From Felis catus (lineage: Eukaryota), in NCBI RefSeq assembly GCF_018350175.1, contig NC_058383.1, positions 10,666,001 through 10,730,000 of the forward strand: DNA of 64,000 nucleotides, read 5' to 3'. The notes under the pieces are model-generated. The model made no database searches. It was not told where the DNA came from and was given only the letters and a program-made list of their open reading frames with translations. The stretch's first letter is position 1. Each line of letters begins with the position of its first letter. Made by a program: the position numbers and the translations under genes. Shown here piece by piece: positions 22,801-37,245 of this stretch.

Positions 22801-25800
22801 CCCTGCTTATAAGGAACTGTAGGGTTTGGCCAGATTCTGGAAAACGGGTTCATTCAAGGGAGTCCAAGATTTGGGGTGATTGTAGTTTGATGCTTGGCTT
22901 GGCAGGTGCTTAGTGCTCTATTTTTGGTTTAATATATGTGTGTACCCTACACCAAGAGCCAGAGGCCTCTAGCCAGGCAACCTAGGTAAAAGTGCTTGAT
23001 CTCTCTGAGCCTCAGTTTTCCTCATCTGTAAAGGGGGGATAACAAAATGACTTCACAGGATTAACCGTGAAGGTCAGACAGGCTACTGTATGTCAGGCCC
23101 TTAGCACAGAGAGCATCAGTTAGTGGGTTGATCACCGTGGTTGTTAGTCAAGTTCAGCAACGGAGCCCGTTGATCTCCCAAGAGCCCAGTCCACAGTTGA
23201 GAGGTCCCCTTTGTCAGGACCCCCCCCCCCCATCCCGGCTGTCCAGGCCTCGGGTGCCACGTGCTTCCCCATTCCCGCCACCAGTGCCCCAGAGAGAGAA
23301 CCACATGCTTGGTCTTGACTTCGGGCTGGGCCTTGGAGTTACGTGGCTTCCCCAGCGCCTAGAAGCTCTGGCTTCCAGTCCTGAGCTTCTTGCCAGGCCT
23401 GGGCCCAGGGTCTCTTGGCGGTGGCTGAAAGGAGGATGCTGGTGGGAGCTGCTTCCCTGTAGCCCCTCACTGGCTGCCCCTGGAAAGGACTAGAAACATA
23501 CGCATCACTGTTTCACAAACGCATCAGCCTCTGGAGCAGAGAAAGGTGGGTCCTTCTCTGCCTGATGCTGAGTCTGGCAGGAAGTGGGGGGCAGCCTCCA
23601 GACCTCGTGGTGCAAATGGGGAAGTTTCCTGAGCCCCGTAGCACAGGAGGCCCTGCGTGGGGCCCAGATACACGTAAGGCATGTGGGTTCAAGTCCTGCT
23701 TTGTCTTTTCGTGAGTGACCTTGAGCAAGTTGCTTCTCTTGCCTTCCACGTCCTCGTCTATAGCATGTCAGGGTCCGGGCCCAGGGGGCAGGCCCCTTCC
23801 CTGGGTTTGAGTCCCATTTCTGCTGTGTGACTCTGGGCAAGGCCCTGGCCTCTCTGAGCCTCAGGGTCATTCTTCTTCTAAAGAGGGGCTGGGTCAGGGC
23901 ACAGAGAGCCCAGAGGTCAGCCCCAAGATGTTGGAAGTGAAGGACTTGTCTCCCATGCACCTCCCCCTCCCCCCTTTTCCTGGTCTATGCAGTCCTGATG
24001 CTTTGGGCTGCAGCTCAGGGAGGGGAGACTCAGCAGCAGAGCAAGAGGCTTTTCTGGCTCCTTCCTTGCCCCAAGGTGTCTGTGGCTGTCCCCAGCTGTC
24101 AAGGAATGGGTTGGAGCCGTTTGTATTGGGCCCCAAGCTGGCTGGGGTGCAGGGTGGGGGACACAGAGACCACTTCCCCTTGGTGGCGGGCCATGAATGG
24201 TCTCAGGTTAACAGCCAGGAGCCTGAGCCTGCTGGGAGGGGGAGGTGGCAGTTTGTAACCCTCGAGAATGGGTTCATTCCTGGCCCTCGATCCTGAGTGA
24301 CCCTGAGCTGTGAAAGGTGAGGCTCTGAGAAGGTGCTTTCCTGAGTTTGCCTTTTTTTTTTTTTTTTAAGTTTCCTTATTTATTTTTGAGAGAGACTTAG
24401 TGCGCGCAAGCGGGTGAGGGGCAGAGAGAAGGAGAGAGGGAGGAATCCCAAGCAGGCTCCGCTTGGTCGGCGCACAAGCCCGACTCGGGGCTCGAACTCA
24501 CAGAGCCGTGAGAGCAAGACCTGAGCTGCAGTCGAGTCGGACGCTTAACCGACTGGGCCACCCAGGTGCCCCCTGAGCTTTTTTTTAATCCTTGAACCTT
24601 CTGGAGGGATTGGGAGATAGGGAGAGACCTCGGGGACGCCCAAGGCCGCGCGGCACCCCCCCCCCCCCCCGCCGTGCGTGCCTCAGTTTCCCCATCCGTC
24701 AGCCGGCACGGGGGGCGCCTCCCGGCTCCCACCGCGCACCCCGGAGCCCTGACCGCTGCCTCTCTCCCGCCCCGCAGGCTCCCCCCTGCACAAGCAGGCC
24801 TCGGGCCCGGCCGCCACCGCTGCCGCCCCCCCCGCCGCCGAGAAGCCGGGCCCCAAGGCGGCCGAGGTGGGCGATGACTTCCTGGGGGACTTCGCGGTGG
24901 GCGAGCGGGTGTGGGTGAACGGCGTGAAGCCGGGCGTGGTGCAGTACCTGGGCGAGACGCAGTTCGCGCCGGGCCAGTGGGCCGGCGTGGTGCTGGACGA
25001 CCCGGTGGGCAAGAACGACGGCGCGGTGGGCGGCGTGCGCTACTTTGAGTGCCCGGCCCTGCAGGGCATCTTCACGCGGCCCTCCAAGCTGACCCGGCAG
25101 CCCACGGCCGAGGGCTCGGGCAGCGACGCCCACTCGGTGGAGTCGCTGACCGCCCAGAACCTGTCGCTGCACTCGGGCACGGCCACGCCGCCGCTCAGCA
25201 GCCGGGTCATCCCGCTGCGGGAGAGCGTCCTCAACAGCTCGGTCAAGACGGGCAACGAGTCGGGCTCCAACCTCTCGGACAGCGGCTCCGTGAAGCGGGG
25301 CGACAAGGACCTGCGCCTGGGAGACCGCGTGCTGGTGAGTGCTGCCTCCACCGCTCCGCCTTCAGGGGCAAGCTGGACCCCGGGGGACTCGGTGGGGGGG
25401 GAGGAGACTGGGGGGGGGGAAGGCTGGGGGGGGGAAGGCTGGGGGGGGGCCCGGGCTGGGACGCCCAGTCCTCATCGGAACCACACGGAGTGACCGGGGA
25501 TGCCGGTCCAATGGGCTCTGGAGACTGTCGCCGTGTGACCCTGGGTGAGCGCCTCAACCTCTCTGGACCTCAGTCTTCCCATTTGTAAAATGGGTTGGGA
25601 TGCATGAATATGCGTAATGCCTCTAGATGGTGCCAGAAACTTAGGAGGTGCCCCATACATGTTAGCTCTTGTTGGTTTTATCCACGGATCCCGCCCGATG
25701 GTATTTCCCAATGGTGTTATCCGTTGACCAGCATGGATGCCCCAGGCCTATACTATTTCCTATGCCCCAGGAAAAGGCCGAGGACCGCAGGGTTGGGTAG

Positions 25801-28800
25801 TTCAGACACCTAATCGGCTGTAACGCAACGATCACTATTGGTGTCGGGGACAGAGTTGGGTCACTCTTTAGAGCCAAAAGGACCATCAGCCAAGTCTTCC
25901 TGCCGGGGGCCCCTCTTCTCTGCCAGTCCCTGTCATTGGGGCCACATTGGAAGGGGCAGTGGCCCCCAAGTCCTTTAGAGTCTGGATTCATCATCTGGAT
26001 TCATTCATCAAGTCCGAATGAAGCAGTGTTTCCCTGGCACCTGCTGTGGGCCAGAGCTGGGCTGGGGGGGGGGGGTGCCAAGGTCATGGCAGGACAGGGT
26101 CATGTTCCTGCTGTACCAAGCCCAGGGTTAGGGTGGCTGAGGTGACCCCAGAGCTGACCCTGTCCCCCCCCCCCCCCCAAGAACCACAGTGTTGGGAAGG
26201 AGAGAGTAACCCACAAGGCAGTCCCTGAAGGGCATCTGGTGGGCTTGGGTTTGAGAAGCCAGTGGGGGTAGAGTCAGCTGGTGGGGGAGACTGTGTTCAT
26301 CAGTCTTCTGCAGGACTATGGGGACCATATACCTGGAGCTCCAAGGCTGAATGGGGAAGGGTTTGGGGGGCTCCAGGGTCCCCTTGTGGGGACTGCAGGA
26401 AAGTATTGTTGCCTGGGATTCTCCCTCCCTACCCCGAGGACCTCACACAAGGTTTCCCCCAAGGAAACCCCAAGGTTTCCCCTGGAGGCTTCTGGGTAGG
26501 GTATTTGGGGCAGGGGCAGGGGCAGGGGAAATAGAGGAAATGTTTATATCCATTGCCTTGTTGAATCCTCAAGCCCACACCGTGATGTAATTTTATCCCC
26601 ACTTTGTGGATGGAGAAACTGAGACTCAGAGAACTTTAAGAACTTACGTAGTAACTTACAAAGACTCAAACCAGCCCCCGCGGCCCGCCTTCCTGAGTCT
26701 CTCTACCCTGGTGATCTCTCTGGGGTCTGCCCACCCCAGGGGCCGGTTTCCCAACCTGCTTCCCTGTGGACAGAACTACCCGCTTCGGTGATCTGGTGGA
26801 GGGCGTGGCCAGACTTGGTCCCTGCCCTCCAGCTCACTGTCTATCAGGGGAGAGAGACAGACGTCAGTGTTTCCTGATAGATCCGGGTGAGTGCCCATGA
26901 CGGAGGCTTGACCTGGTAGGGGGCATCCCCCGAGGCTGGTGTTTGGTCCGAGGGAACAGACTAGAGAAACAAAAGAGTAGCAGGGCTGAGCTGTTGTTAG
27001 CAATGGTGCTGGGCAGCATTGTGCCTATGAGGCTGGTGTAGGCTTGACCCTGAAGGAGTGGAGGGGCTTTGCTCTATTTGCAGAGGGACCATGGCACGGG
27101 CAGATCCACCTTTAAGCGCATCCCGCTTGCTGCTTGACGAGGAAAGGATGGGAGGGGGCAAGAGTGGAGCAGGGGAGAGGCAGAGGGCTGCGGTGGCAGC
27201 TCCGGGGACAGGGGGCTAGACTCTCGGGGCACTTGTGACTTCCTAGTCAGGGTCCTTGTGGTGGGGCCGTTGCTCTACTGTTGCTGCCACGGCTCCCCGG
27301 GAAGCCGTCCCCACCTGGCTGATGGGACCCAGGCAAGCTGGCATACAGTCTCACTGAGCTGTCTTGGGGGTGCCCGGGGGTCAAGAGCACCTGCTGGCCG
27401 TTGACCACTATAGGGAGATCAGGTACAGGTTGGTGCCCTTGCTGCTACTTCCCGCCTGTGTGATGCTGGGCAAGTCACTTAACTGAGCCTTGCCCTCTTC
27501 CATTTCTTTCATTCATTCATTCATTCATTCATTCATTCATTCATCGTCTGTCCATTCAGCAAAATGGGCGTAGAAGCACCCTTGGGCTGCTTTCGTTGAG
27601 AACATTCAGAAAGCTGGTGGACGTGAAGTGTTCACAGTTACGCGGGGCCTGGTGAGTCCCATGAGTGCCGTGGGTGTGGTCTGAGACGTCTTTGGGGTGG
27701 GAAGTGGAGGCTCAGGGGGTTATGGGCCAGCACTGGTTGGTTCTCAGGTTGCAGGAGCGGGGAGGTTGATCCCCAGTTTGATCCTGTCTGGAACTCCCTT
27801 TGCTTCCCTTTTAGGGAGTGGGCAGGGGGGCATACAAGCCTGCACAGGGTGGGCACTGCTCTAGAAGTCTCTGCCAGGCCCTAGCCCATCAGCAGGGCTG
27901 GTGGGAACCAAAGCAGATGGGCCTTGCTGACTTCCTACCGCGGTCTTGGGGGCGTCCCTCACGCTGGGGGCTGTGCCCAACACTTTCTGTACCTACTCTT
28001 TTTGGGTCCGGCCCACTGCCTTAGAAGCTGGGAGTTACCCTCCCATTTCGTAGATGAGGAAACTGAGCTCAGCCCTGGAAACAGCCGGTCTGGAGTCACA
28101 CAGCCAGGAGGTAATAGCCATTCACTCATTCATTCATTCATTCATTCATTCATTCATTTATTGATGTTTATTTATTTTTGAGAGAGAAAGAGAGAGGGAG
28201 GGAGAGCGTGTGAATGTGCACGTGGGGGAGGGGCAGAGAAAGAGGGAGACACCAAGTCCGAAGCAGGCTCCAGGCTCTGAGCCGTCAGCACAGCTGAACT
28301 CCCCAACAGCGAGATCACAACCTGAGCCGAAGTCGGACGCTCATCTGGCTGAGCCACCGTGCCTCTATTTATACTTACCAACTGAGACTGCCCTAGAAAC
28401 AGGATATCCGTGGAGTCTGGGTGGGGGGGAGGAATTTACACCCGGGGTTTGCTTCTACCGAAAGGATGGAGCCCCACGTGTCCCCCGTCCCACCGGAGTG
28501 TGCAGCTTCTCCAGGGTCGGTCCTGCAGCCTGGTCCACTGCTCACGGCCAGGACCCAGCTGGCTCAGCCGACCCCAGGACTCGCTTCTCCCTGTGCCTGT
28601 TGTGGACACCTGCTATGTCACCTTCCTGTCCCTACTCCACCCTTTGAAAAATTACATGCTGGATGTGGGTGACTGTGGAGGCTGGAACTTACTTGAGGAC
28701 AGGAGACAATATCAAAAAAATATAACTGCTTTTGCGGATTTTATAAATCATGTGATCCTATAAATGCATTATGAGGGCCCTTCCCAGGGCCTTGGAGGAG

Positions 28801-31800
28801 GCCGGTGCAGAAGCTGTATTAGCTTCACCAGCTGTTAAACCTGCTTCTGAACTGGGTCAAAGGCATGAGCAGTATTATTTATGGTCTTTAAGTCATGTTG
28901 CTCTTCAGAGGTACCTATGGATCCTGGGGCCTCAACGCTATCCCCCTGAGGTGCAGGTAGCAGCTAAAGAATCACGGGCAGTTTATTTACGCTCTCTGTG
29001 CCTCAGTCCCTTCACCTGTAAGATGGGAGAATAGTTCACCTGCCGGGTGTGCAGGCTGTTTAGAAGCCCTGCTCTAAGTCAGCTCTGAGTGTGAGTTCTT
29101 CCCAGCCTTAAAGTCCTTGGAGGGTGGGTGTTCCCCTCGGCCACGGGGGTCCCAGGTGCAGTGAGGGGCTCCCTGAAGTCACAGCAGCTCATGACGGCCT
29201 GGTGTCCTTGGCCCTCATTGGTCAACCACTTGCTCGGGCCCAAGGGCTGGTTGCCCTGCCTTTGTCCTTTTCCGCCCCTCCCCTGCCCCAGCACACACAC
29301 GGATAACCTTTCTGATCCATGCCTGGAATTCCTCCAACGATGAGCCACGCTTTTCTGATCCCTTCTACTCCCCACCACCCTCAGCCCTCCGTCCGGGGCG
29401 CCGTCTGGGGCCCCTGCCGCCAGCGCCTGCCCGCCCCTGCACAGGGGCCTCTTTTTTCCTTTCTGGGTCCCCCTTTCCAGTCTCCCCACGTGCTTGCCCC
29501 GGCTGCGCCCACCTTAAAAACAAACTGAGGGGCGCCTGGGTGGCTCAGTTGGTTGAGTGTCTGACTTCGGCTCAGGTCATGATCTCGCGGTCCTTGGGTT
29601 AGCCCCGCATCAGGTTCTGTGCTGACGGTTCGGAGCCTGGAGCCTGCTTCGGATTCTGTGTCTGCCTCGCTCTCTGCCCCTCCCCTGCTTGTGCTCTGTC
29701 TCTCTCTGTCAAAAATGAATAAACATTAAAACAAAACCCCAAAAACTGAGCCCCTGCCCCATGTCTATTCCAGCCGTGCCCACTTCTCTGACCTCCCTTC
29801 AGCTAAACCCTCGAAAGCCCCCTCTGTGCACGCAGTCTCCACCCCTGCTGTCCAGCACCCTCTGCTCCGGGGAAACTGAGGCTGCTCTGCACAGTACAAG
29901 TTAGAGCGACCGGTTCCCTGTCCTGGCTTTATGTCCCCTCCCGGCAGAACTGACCACCGTCCATCTCCCTGCCTCCTTCTGGAAGCACTTTCTTCCTCCC
30001 TCCCCCCACCCCAGCTTTCCTCCTACCTCCTTGGCCAGCAGGGAGGTGTTCCTTGCCTCGGGTCAGGTCCAAAGTCCAGCCGTGGCTCGTCTCCCCCTGT
30101 GCAGTCTCCCTGCTGGAACCATCTGGGCCTGTGACTTAGAACAGTCGGGACACATGGGGCGTCCCACTGCCCAGGGGTGGCTGGTGTCTTAGATCAAGTG
30201 CTTACGCAGCATCCCTGCTTAGCGTGTGTTACTTTCCCGGGGCTGCTCTAACAGCTGCCACCAACTAGTCCTTTACAAGAAGGGGGTTTTCTCTCCGTTC
30301 TGGGGGTTAGCAATCTCAAGTCGAAGGTGCTGGCAGGGCCGTTCGCTCTCTGAAGGATCAAGAGAAGAACCCATTCCGTGCCTTTCTCTTCGGTTCTGGA
30401 GGCTGCTGGCATCCCGTGGCATTCCTTGGCCGGCAGCCACCTCACCCAGCCCCTCCCTGCGCCTTCACACGGTCTCTTCTCTCCGTGTGTCCGTGTCTCT
30501 CCTCTTCTTATAAGAACAGCAGTCACATCCCATTAGGGCCCATGACTTCCCCTCACTTAATCCTGTCTGAAGGACCTCAGCTTTAAATAATATAAACATA
30601 GTAATATAATTAATAATAATAAGATCACATTCAGGGTGCCCGGGTGGCTCGGTCAGTTAAGCATCCGACTCTGGATTTTGGCTCAGGTCATGATCTCGTG
30701 GTTTGTGAGTTCGAGCTCCACACTGGCAGTGTGGAGCCTGCTGGGGATTCTCTCTCTTTCCCTGTCTCTCTCTCTCTCTGCCCTTCCCCCCACTCACGCT
30801 TGCTAGAGAGCAAAATGCTCTCTCAAAATAAGTAACTAAAATAAATAAACTTTAAAATAAATAAGTAAGGTGGGGTGCTTGGGTGGCTCGGTGAGTTGAG
30901 TGTCTGACTTCAGCTCAGGTCACGGTCTTGAGGTCTATGAGTTCGAGTCTCACATCGGGCTCTGTGCTGACAGCTCGGAGCCTGGAGCCTACGTCCGATT
31001 CTGTGTCTCCCTCTCTCTGCGCCTCCCCTCCATGCTCTCTCTCTCTCTCTCTCAAAAATAAACAGGAAAACAACATTTTGAAAAATTTTGAAAATAAATA
31101 AGGTCACATTCACAGGTATGGGGAGGGGCGGGGGAGTCAGGACTTGAACGTATCTCTTTTAGGGGACACGGGTCAGCCTGTCACACGTGCCCCAGACAGA
31201 ACTCATCTGTTTACCCCCCACCCCGTCCCTGACCTGCTCTTCTCGTCTTCCCCATCCTTGTGAACACTCACCTGCCTCTCCAGCGACCAGGCCGGGAACT
31301 TGGGACTCAGCCTTGTGCCCTGTTTTTCTCTCCTCCCCAACCCTGCGACTCATCTGGAAGTCCCCGGTGCTGTCTCGAAAACACACCGGAATCTGTCCCC
31401 ATCCTACCGCCTCCCCGGGGAGGCTCCTCTCTCTCGGACGGAGGGCCCGCCTCTTCCTTGGTCTCCCTGCCCCCACCCAGGTCCCTGCACCCCACAGGCT
31501 CACATCTCACCTGAGATAAGACCCACCTGCCTTCCCACGGCCCCCAGACCCTTGTCAACTGCCCGCCCACCCTCAGGCCACCCGGCGTGCCTCCCTCCCT
31601 GGCCGAGCCCGGCCGCAACCGCCTTCTGTCCTCTCCTCCGGTGTCCCGGGCTGGTCCCTGCACAGGGGACACTGTCCCCCAGAGCTTCCCACAGCTCGAT
31701 GCCCCCCGTCCGCGAGGCCTCTGCCCCATGGGCTCTCCTCGGAGAGAGAAGCCTCTGATGTCACCCTGCCCAGCCCCTCCAACCGCCTGGATTGACAGCA

Positions 31801-34800
31801 GGAGTCCACTTCCTCCTCCTCCACTGCCGGTTTCCTGCCACGGCCCAGAGCGCCTTGACCACGGGCCTTGTCCGTTTTGTCCACAACGGCTGGGCCCCTA
31901 GTGCCCACCGCAGAGCCTGGTGCCGGGAAGATGCTGAAGGAACCACTCAGGGCCCCGGGGGGTGGTCCCGAGCGAGCAGGGCACCGCTGGCCCGTGTTGG
32001 GGCTGCACAGGCTAGTTGAACCCCAGGTTCTTCTCGCTGGCGGTTGGTCAAATCAGCAGCTGAGGGCCACCGAGGGGCCGCCTGCCTCTGTCCCCTCATC
32101 GCCCGAGAGCAACCCTTCTTCCCGGCCAGCCCTTCTTCCCACCAGTACCACCCCCTCCCCCCAACACAGCATCCCGGCAGGTGCTGGTCCGGCCTTGGCC
32201 GTGAGCCCCTCACTGTGCCCTCAGCAGCCCTGTGACGTGGGCCCGGCATGCCCCCCCCCCGCCCCTCCTCCTGATGGCAGAGCTGAGCTGGACGGCCCGG
32301 GGGCCCTGTTCTCTCGCCGTGTGGGCGCTACCCTGATCTGCGGCAGAGGCGTGCATTTGAAGTGAGTCACCAGTTTTGACTTCCTCAGAGGAAAGTCCCC
32401 GAGAAACAGATGAGCCTGGCCTGCCCACCAGCGTTGCTCCGGGAGACCTGGGATGCAGTTGGTGTTTGGCCCAAATAACCTGCGGGTGGCACAAAGGGGA
32501 GGCTGGGGCCTGGCACGTGGTGGGGGTGGGTGCCAGGGAGTGTTCTCTTTTATTTATTCATTTTTTTTTTTTAATTTACGCATTTGGAGAGAGAGAGCAG
32601 GTGAGAGACAGAGAGAATATCCCAAGCAGGCTCCCCAGTGTCCAGCCCGATGCAGGGCTCAAACCCACAAACAGATCATGACCTGAGCCAAAATCGAGAG
32701 TCGGACGCTTAACCGGCTGAGCCACCCAGGCGCCCCTAAAGAGGGAGAATCTTGAACAGGCTCAGTGCGGAGCTCGATCCCCTGACCCTGGGATCATGCC
32801 CTGAGCCAAAATCAAGAGTCGGACGCTCAACCGACTAAGCCACCTAATCACATTTTCTATAGACCTAAAATTGCCCCCAAGAAGTCTATTAACTTTTTTA
32901 AAGTAAAGAAGGATTATATCAAAAAAAGAGAGAGAAGAGGCTGATGTCCTCCGTCTGGAGGGCGAGGCCTGCCACACCCGGGTTGGGGTCTCGGTGAGCA
33001 GAATCTCGGGGGTCGTCGGGGAGACCGGTGTCCCGAGGTTGTGCTGACCAAGGTGGGGCGGTCAGTGCCACACCCATCCCCTCTGGAAACTTTTCCATTG
33101 CCTCTGCCTTGCTCCCAGCTCGGGAAGGGTACCCACCTGGCTCCGTTGTGCTGTAGGAGGAGGAAGGGACAAGGAGAGGGTTTGGGTCCGGAGGCAGCTG
33201 AGGACCAAGGGTGAGGCAGTACCCGCCCGGGCCGGGGAGGGGTGGGTAGTGCACTTGTAGCCACAGACCCCCGCCTGAGGGGAGCCTGGTAGCTGTGCCC
33301 CGCGAGGACCGAAGAAGCAAGAGAGAGAGGTCCAGCAGGCTTTTCCGCTCCCTGACTACTCTGAACCTCAGTCTCTTCATCTAGGAGTGGAGTAATGCTG
33401 CGCGCCGCATAGCGCTGTGACGTTTAGAAATCGTGTCCTCGATGTGCCCGGCAGGCATTCGGTGTGGGAGAGACGTTGGGAGTGGAGTGAGTTTTGATTA
33501 GCGAGCTGGTCCCTTTCAGGCACACGTGAGGCACACTTGGGGGTGGCAGAGGAGGTTCTGACAAATAAGGTGGATAAACACGCGTGTCTGCTTCTACTCT
33601 TCCCTGAACCTGCCTGAGAACGACAGGGAAGGGAGGGTTTTTTTTTTTTTCTTTTAATGTTTATTTAACATGTGTGTATGTATTTCATGTTTTATTTGTT
33701 TATTTATTTTTTAATGTTTGTTTTGAGAGAGAGAGAGAGCACGTGTGCATGCACACACAAGCGGGGGAGGGGCAGAGGGAGAAGGAGACACAGAATCCGA
33801 AGCAGGCTCCGGGCTCTGAGCCGTCAGCACAGAGCCCGAGGGAGGTGGGGTTCGAACTCACGGACCGCAAGATCACAACCTGAGCTGAAGTTGGACGCTT
33901 AACCGACTGAGCCACCCAAGTGTCCCAAGCTATGCACATTAAAAAAAATTTTTTTTGATGTGTATTTACTTTTGAGAAGAGACAGGGAGCAAAGGGTGGG
34001 GCAGAGAGAGAGAGAGAATGAGAATCCCAAGCAGGCCCCACACTCTCAGTGCAGAGCCGGACATGGGGCTCGATCCCGCAAAGCAAGAGATCATGACTTG
34101 AGCTGAACTCAGGAGTCAGACGCTCAACCGACAGAACCGCCCATACGCCCCAATTCAATGAAATTTCTATCCTGATGGCTGACCCCCTTTCCCCGCTGGC
34201 GTACCTTCTAGAACCCTCCTCAGGGTGAGCACAAGCAGCTTTTCTGGGGAAAGTGGCCAGTCCTCTAACAAATTAGAGAAGGTCCTACAGGAATTAGATC
34301 TGAACAGAACACCATTATGTACGTGAGTATGAATGTTCAGTGAACAAAAATGCTCTGGGAAAGTGAAAAAATATGACACGTATAAGAAACTCCACAGAAG
34401 TATTAGAAGATTGACTTGAGGAGGCGCCTGGCTGGCTCAGTCAGTAGAGCATGCAGCTCTTGATTTTGGGGTTGTGAGTTCAAGTCCCACTTTGGGCATA
34501 GAGATGACTTTTAAAAAAAAAGATAAATTAGGGGCACCTGAGTGTTTCAGTCAGTTATGCATCTGACTTCGGCTCAGGTCCTGATCTCGCGGTTTGTGGG
34601 TTCAAGCCCCACATCGGGGTCTGTGCTGACATCTCGGAGCCTGGAGCCTGCTTCAGATTCTGTGTCTCCTCTCTCTGCTCCGTCCCCACTCACACTCTGT
34701 CTCTCTCTCTCTCTCTCTCTCTCAAAAATAAATAAACATTAAAAAAAATTTTTTAAGAGATAAGTTTGAGGAAATCTCCCAGGAAGTAGAACCAAAAGAC

Positions 34801-36139
34801 AGATGGAAACAGGAGAGAAAATAATACCCTCAGAGAACCTTCCAGGCGATCCAGCTTCCAAATGTAGTGGTTCCAGAAAGGAAAGAGGAAGAGGAGGGTA
34901 GAAGTCAAAGAAGGAATTCGAGAAAATTCCCCGGGATTGACAAGGGTTTCTTGGTTGAGAGGGCCCACGGGAGCCCAGGCAAGGGACGAGGCCCACACCC
35001 AACGCACCTCACCGTGTGCCCGCACAGCCCTGAGACAGAGCAAACTCTGCCCATTTCTGGAGTGGGCAGGCAGGCTCGCCTGAAGGGTCGGGACTCAGGT
35101 CGGCTCGGAACTTGTCAACGGCCACCCTGGAAACAGAGAGAGGGAGCTTCGAAAGCCTGGAGGAAGAGACCCAGCCCGACTCCTTCAGCCGTGAGGGAAG
35201 CAAGAGAATTGGAGGCAGGCGTTCACCCAACGACCTGTACGTGGATGCGCACAGCCCCTTGATTCACGGTGGTTTACTGGAACCACTGGGAACGACCCAC
35301 GTGTCTAAGAGCGGACGAACGGACGGACAAAATGGGACGGGACCCGTATGCTGGAATTCATAAAAAGGAACGAAGTGCTTCCACGGATAGACGTGGGTGG
35401 ACCTTGAAAACGTGATGCCAAATGAAGGAAAACTAGACACGGAAGGTCACATGCTGATAATTCCACTTCTGGGAAATGGCCAGAATAAGGCGATCTGTAG
35501 AAAAGAGTGATTGCCAGGAGCTGGGGGTGGGGGTGGGGGTCTGCTTCTGGGCGCACGGTTTCTTGGAGGGGGGTGATGAAAATGTCCCGGGATCAGAAAC
35601 ACGATGGTTGCGAATGTACTAAAAAGCCCCAGGGCTCTACACTTTATAGTGGTCAAAGGGGTGAATTTTATGCTATGGGGATTTTACCTCAATTAAGCAA
35701 AAGGGAGGCTAGAGTAAAAATTATTGTCCATTATGCAAGGGCTCCAATAGGTTATTTCTTCATGTGCTTTTTCTTTTTTTCTTTTTTTTTTAAATGTTTG
35801 TTTATTTTTGAGACAGAGAGACAGAGCATGAACGGGGGAGGAGCAGAGAGAGAGAGGGAGACACAGAATCCGAAGCGGGCTCCAGGCTCTGAGCGGTCAG
35901 CACAGAGCCCGACGCGGGGCTCGAACTCACGGACCATGAGATCGTGACCTGAGCTGAAGTCGGCCGCTTAACCAACTGAGCCACCCAGGCACCCCTTCAT
36001 GTGCTTTTTCTTAAAAAGCCCTGGCAGGGAGGGGGGGACGCTGGGTTGGCTCAGGTTAAGTCGGGCTCCCTCTGTCTCTCAAAAATGAATAAATGTTCAA
36101 AAAAAAGAAAAAGATTAGCTGGCTCAGGAGAGTGTGCAA

Positions 36140-36170
<31 letters not shown>

Positions 36171-37206
36171 TATTTATTTTCGAGAGACAGTGAGAGAGTG
36201 AGCAGAGGAGGGGCAGAGAGAGAGAGACACAGAATCTGAAACAGGCTCCAGGCTCTGAGCTGTCAGCACAGAGGCCGACGCGGGGCTCGAACTCACAAAC
36301 CGTGAGATCATGATCTGAGCCGAAGTCAGATGCTTAACCGACTGAGCCACCCAGGCACCCCATTCCCAAAACTTAACTTCTAATAGCATGCTGTTGACCG
36401 GAAGCCTTACCAATAACATGAGCAGTCAATTAATACGTATTTTGTATGTTACATGCATTACATATTGTATTCTCACACTCAAATAAGGTAGAGGAAAAAT
36501 GTTATTAAGAAAGTCATAAGGAAAATACATTTTTACAGTACTGTACCATTTTTATATATAAAAAAAAAAATCCTCACGTCAGTGGACCCACACAGTTCAA
36601 ACCCATGATGTATATAACTTTAATTGTTAAAAATTTAAACTTTTTCAGAGTAATGTTTTTAAAATATTTATTTATTTTGGGGTGGGGAAGGAAACAGAGA
36701 ATCCCAAGCAGTCTCCTCACTGTCAGTGCACAGCCCCACGCAGGCCTCGAAATCGTGAACCGTGAGATCATGACTTGAGCGGAAATCGGGAGCCAGATGC
36801 TTAACTGACTGAGCCCCCCAGTGTCCCTAGAGTAATATTCATACTTACTGGCCTGTTCTGTGAGTTTGTTTTTTAAAAAAAAATTTTTTTTAATGTTTCT
36901 TTATCTTTTGAGAGAGACAGAGACAGAGTGCAAGTGGGTTAGGGGCAGAGAGAGAGGGAGACACAGAATCCGAAGCAGGCTCCAGGCTCTGAGCTGTCAG
37001 CCCAGAGCCCGACACGGGGCTCGAACCCACAAGCTGCCTGATCATGACCTGAGCCGAAGTCGGACGCCCAACCGACTGAGCCACACAGCAGCCAACCATC
37101 ATTTAACCATTTTTTAAGGATGACGTTTATCGAGACGTTATGTATTGATAATGGTATTGCCAGACAGCGCACATTCAGTGCTTAATCCTCAGGAAGGGGG
37201 GGAAAA

Positions 37207-37245
<39 letters not shown>

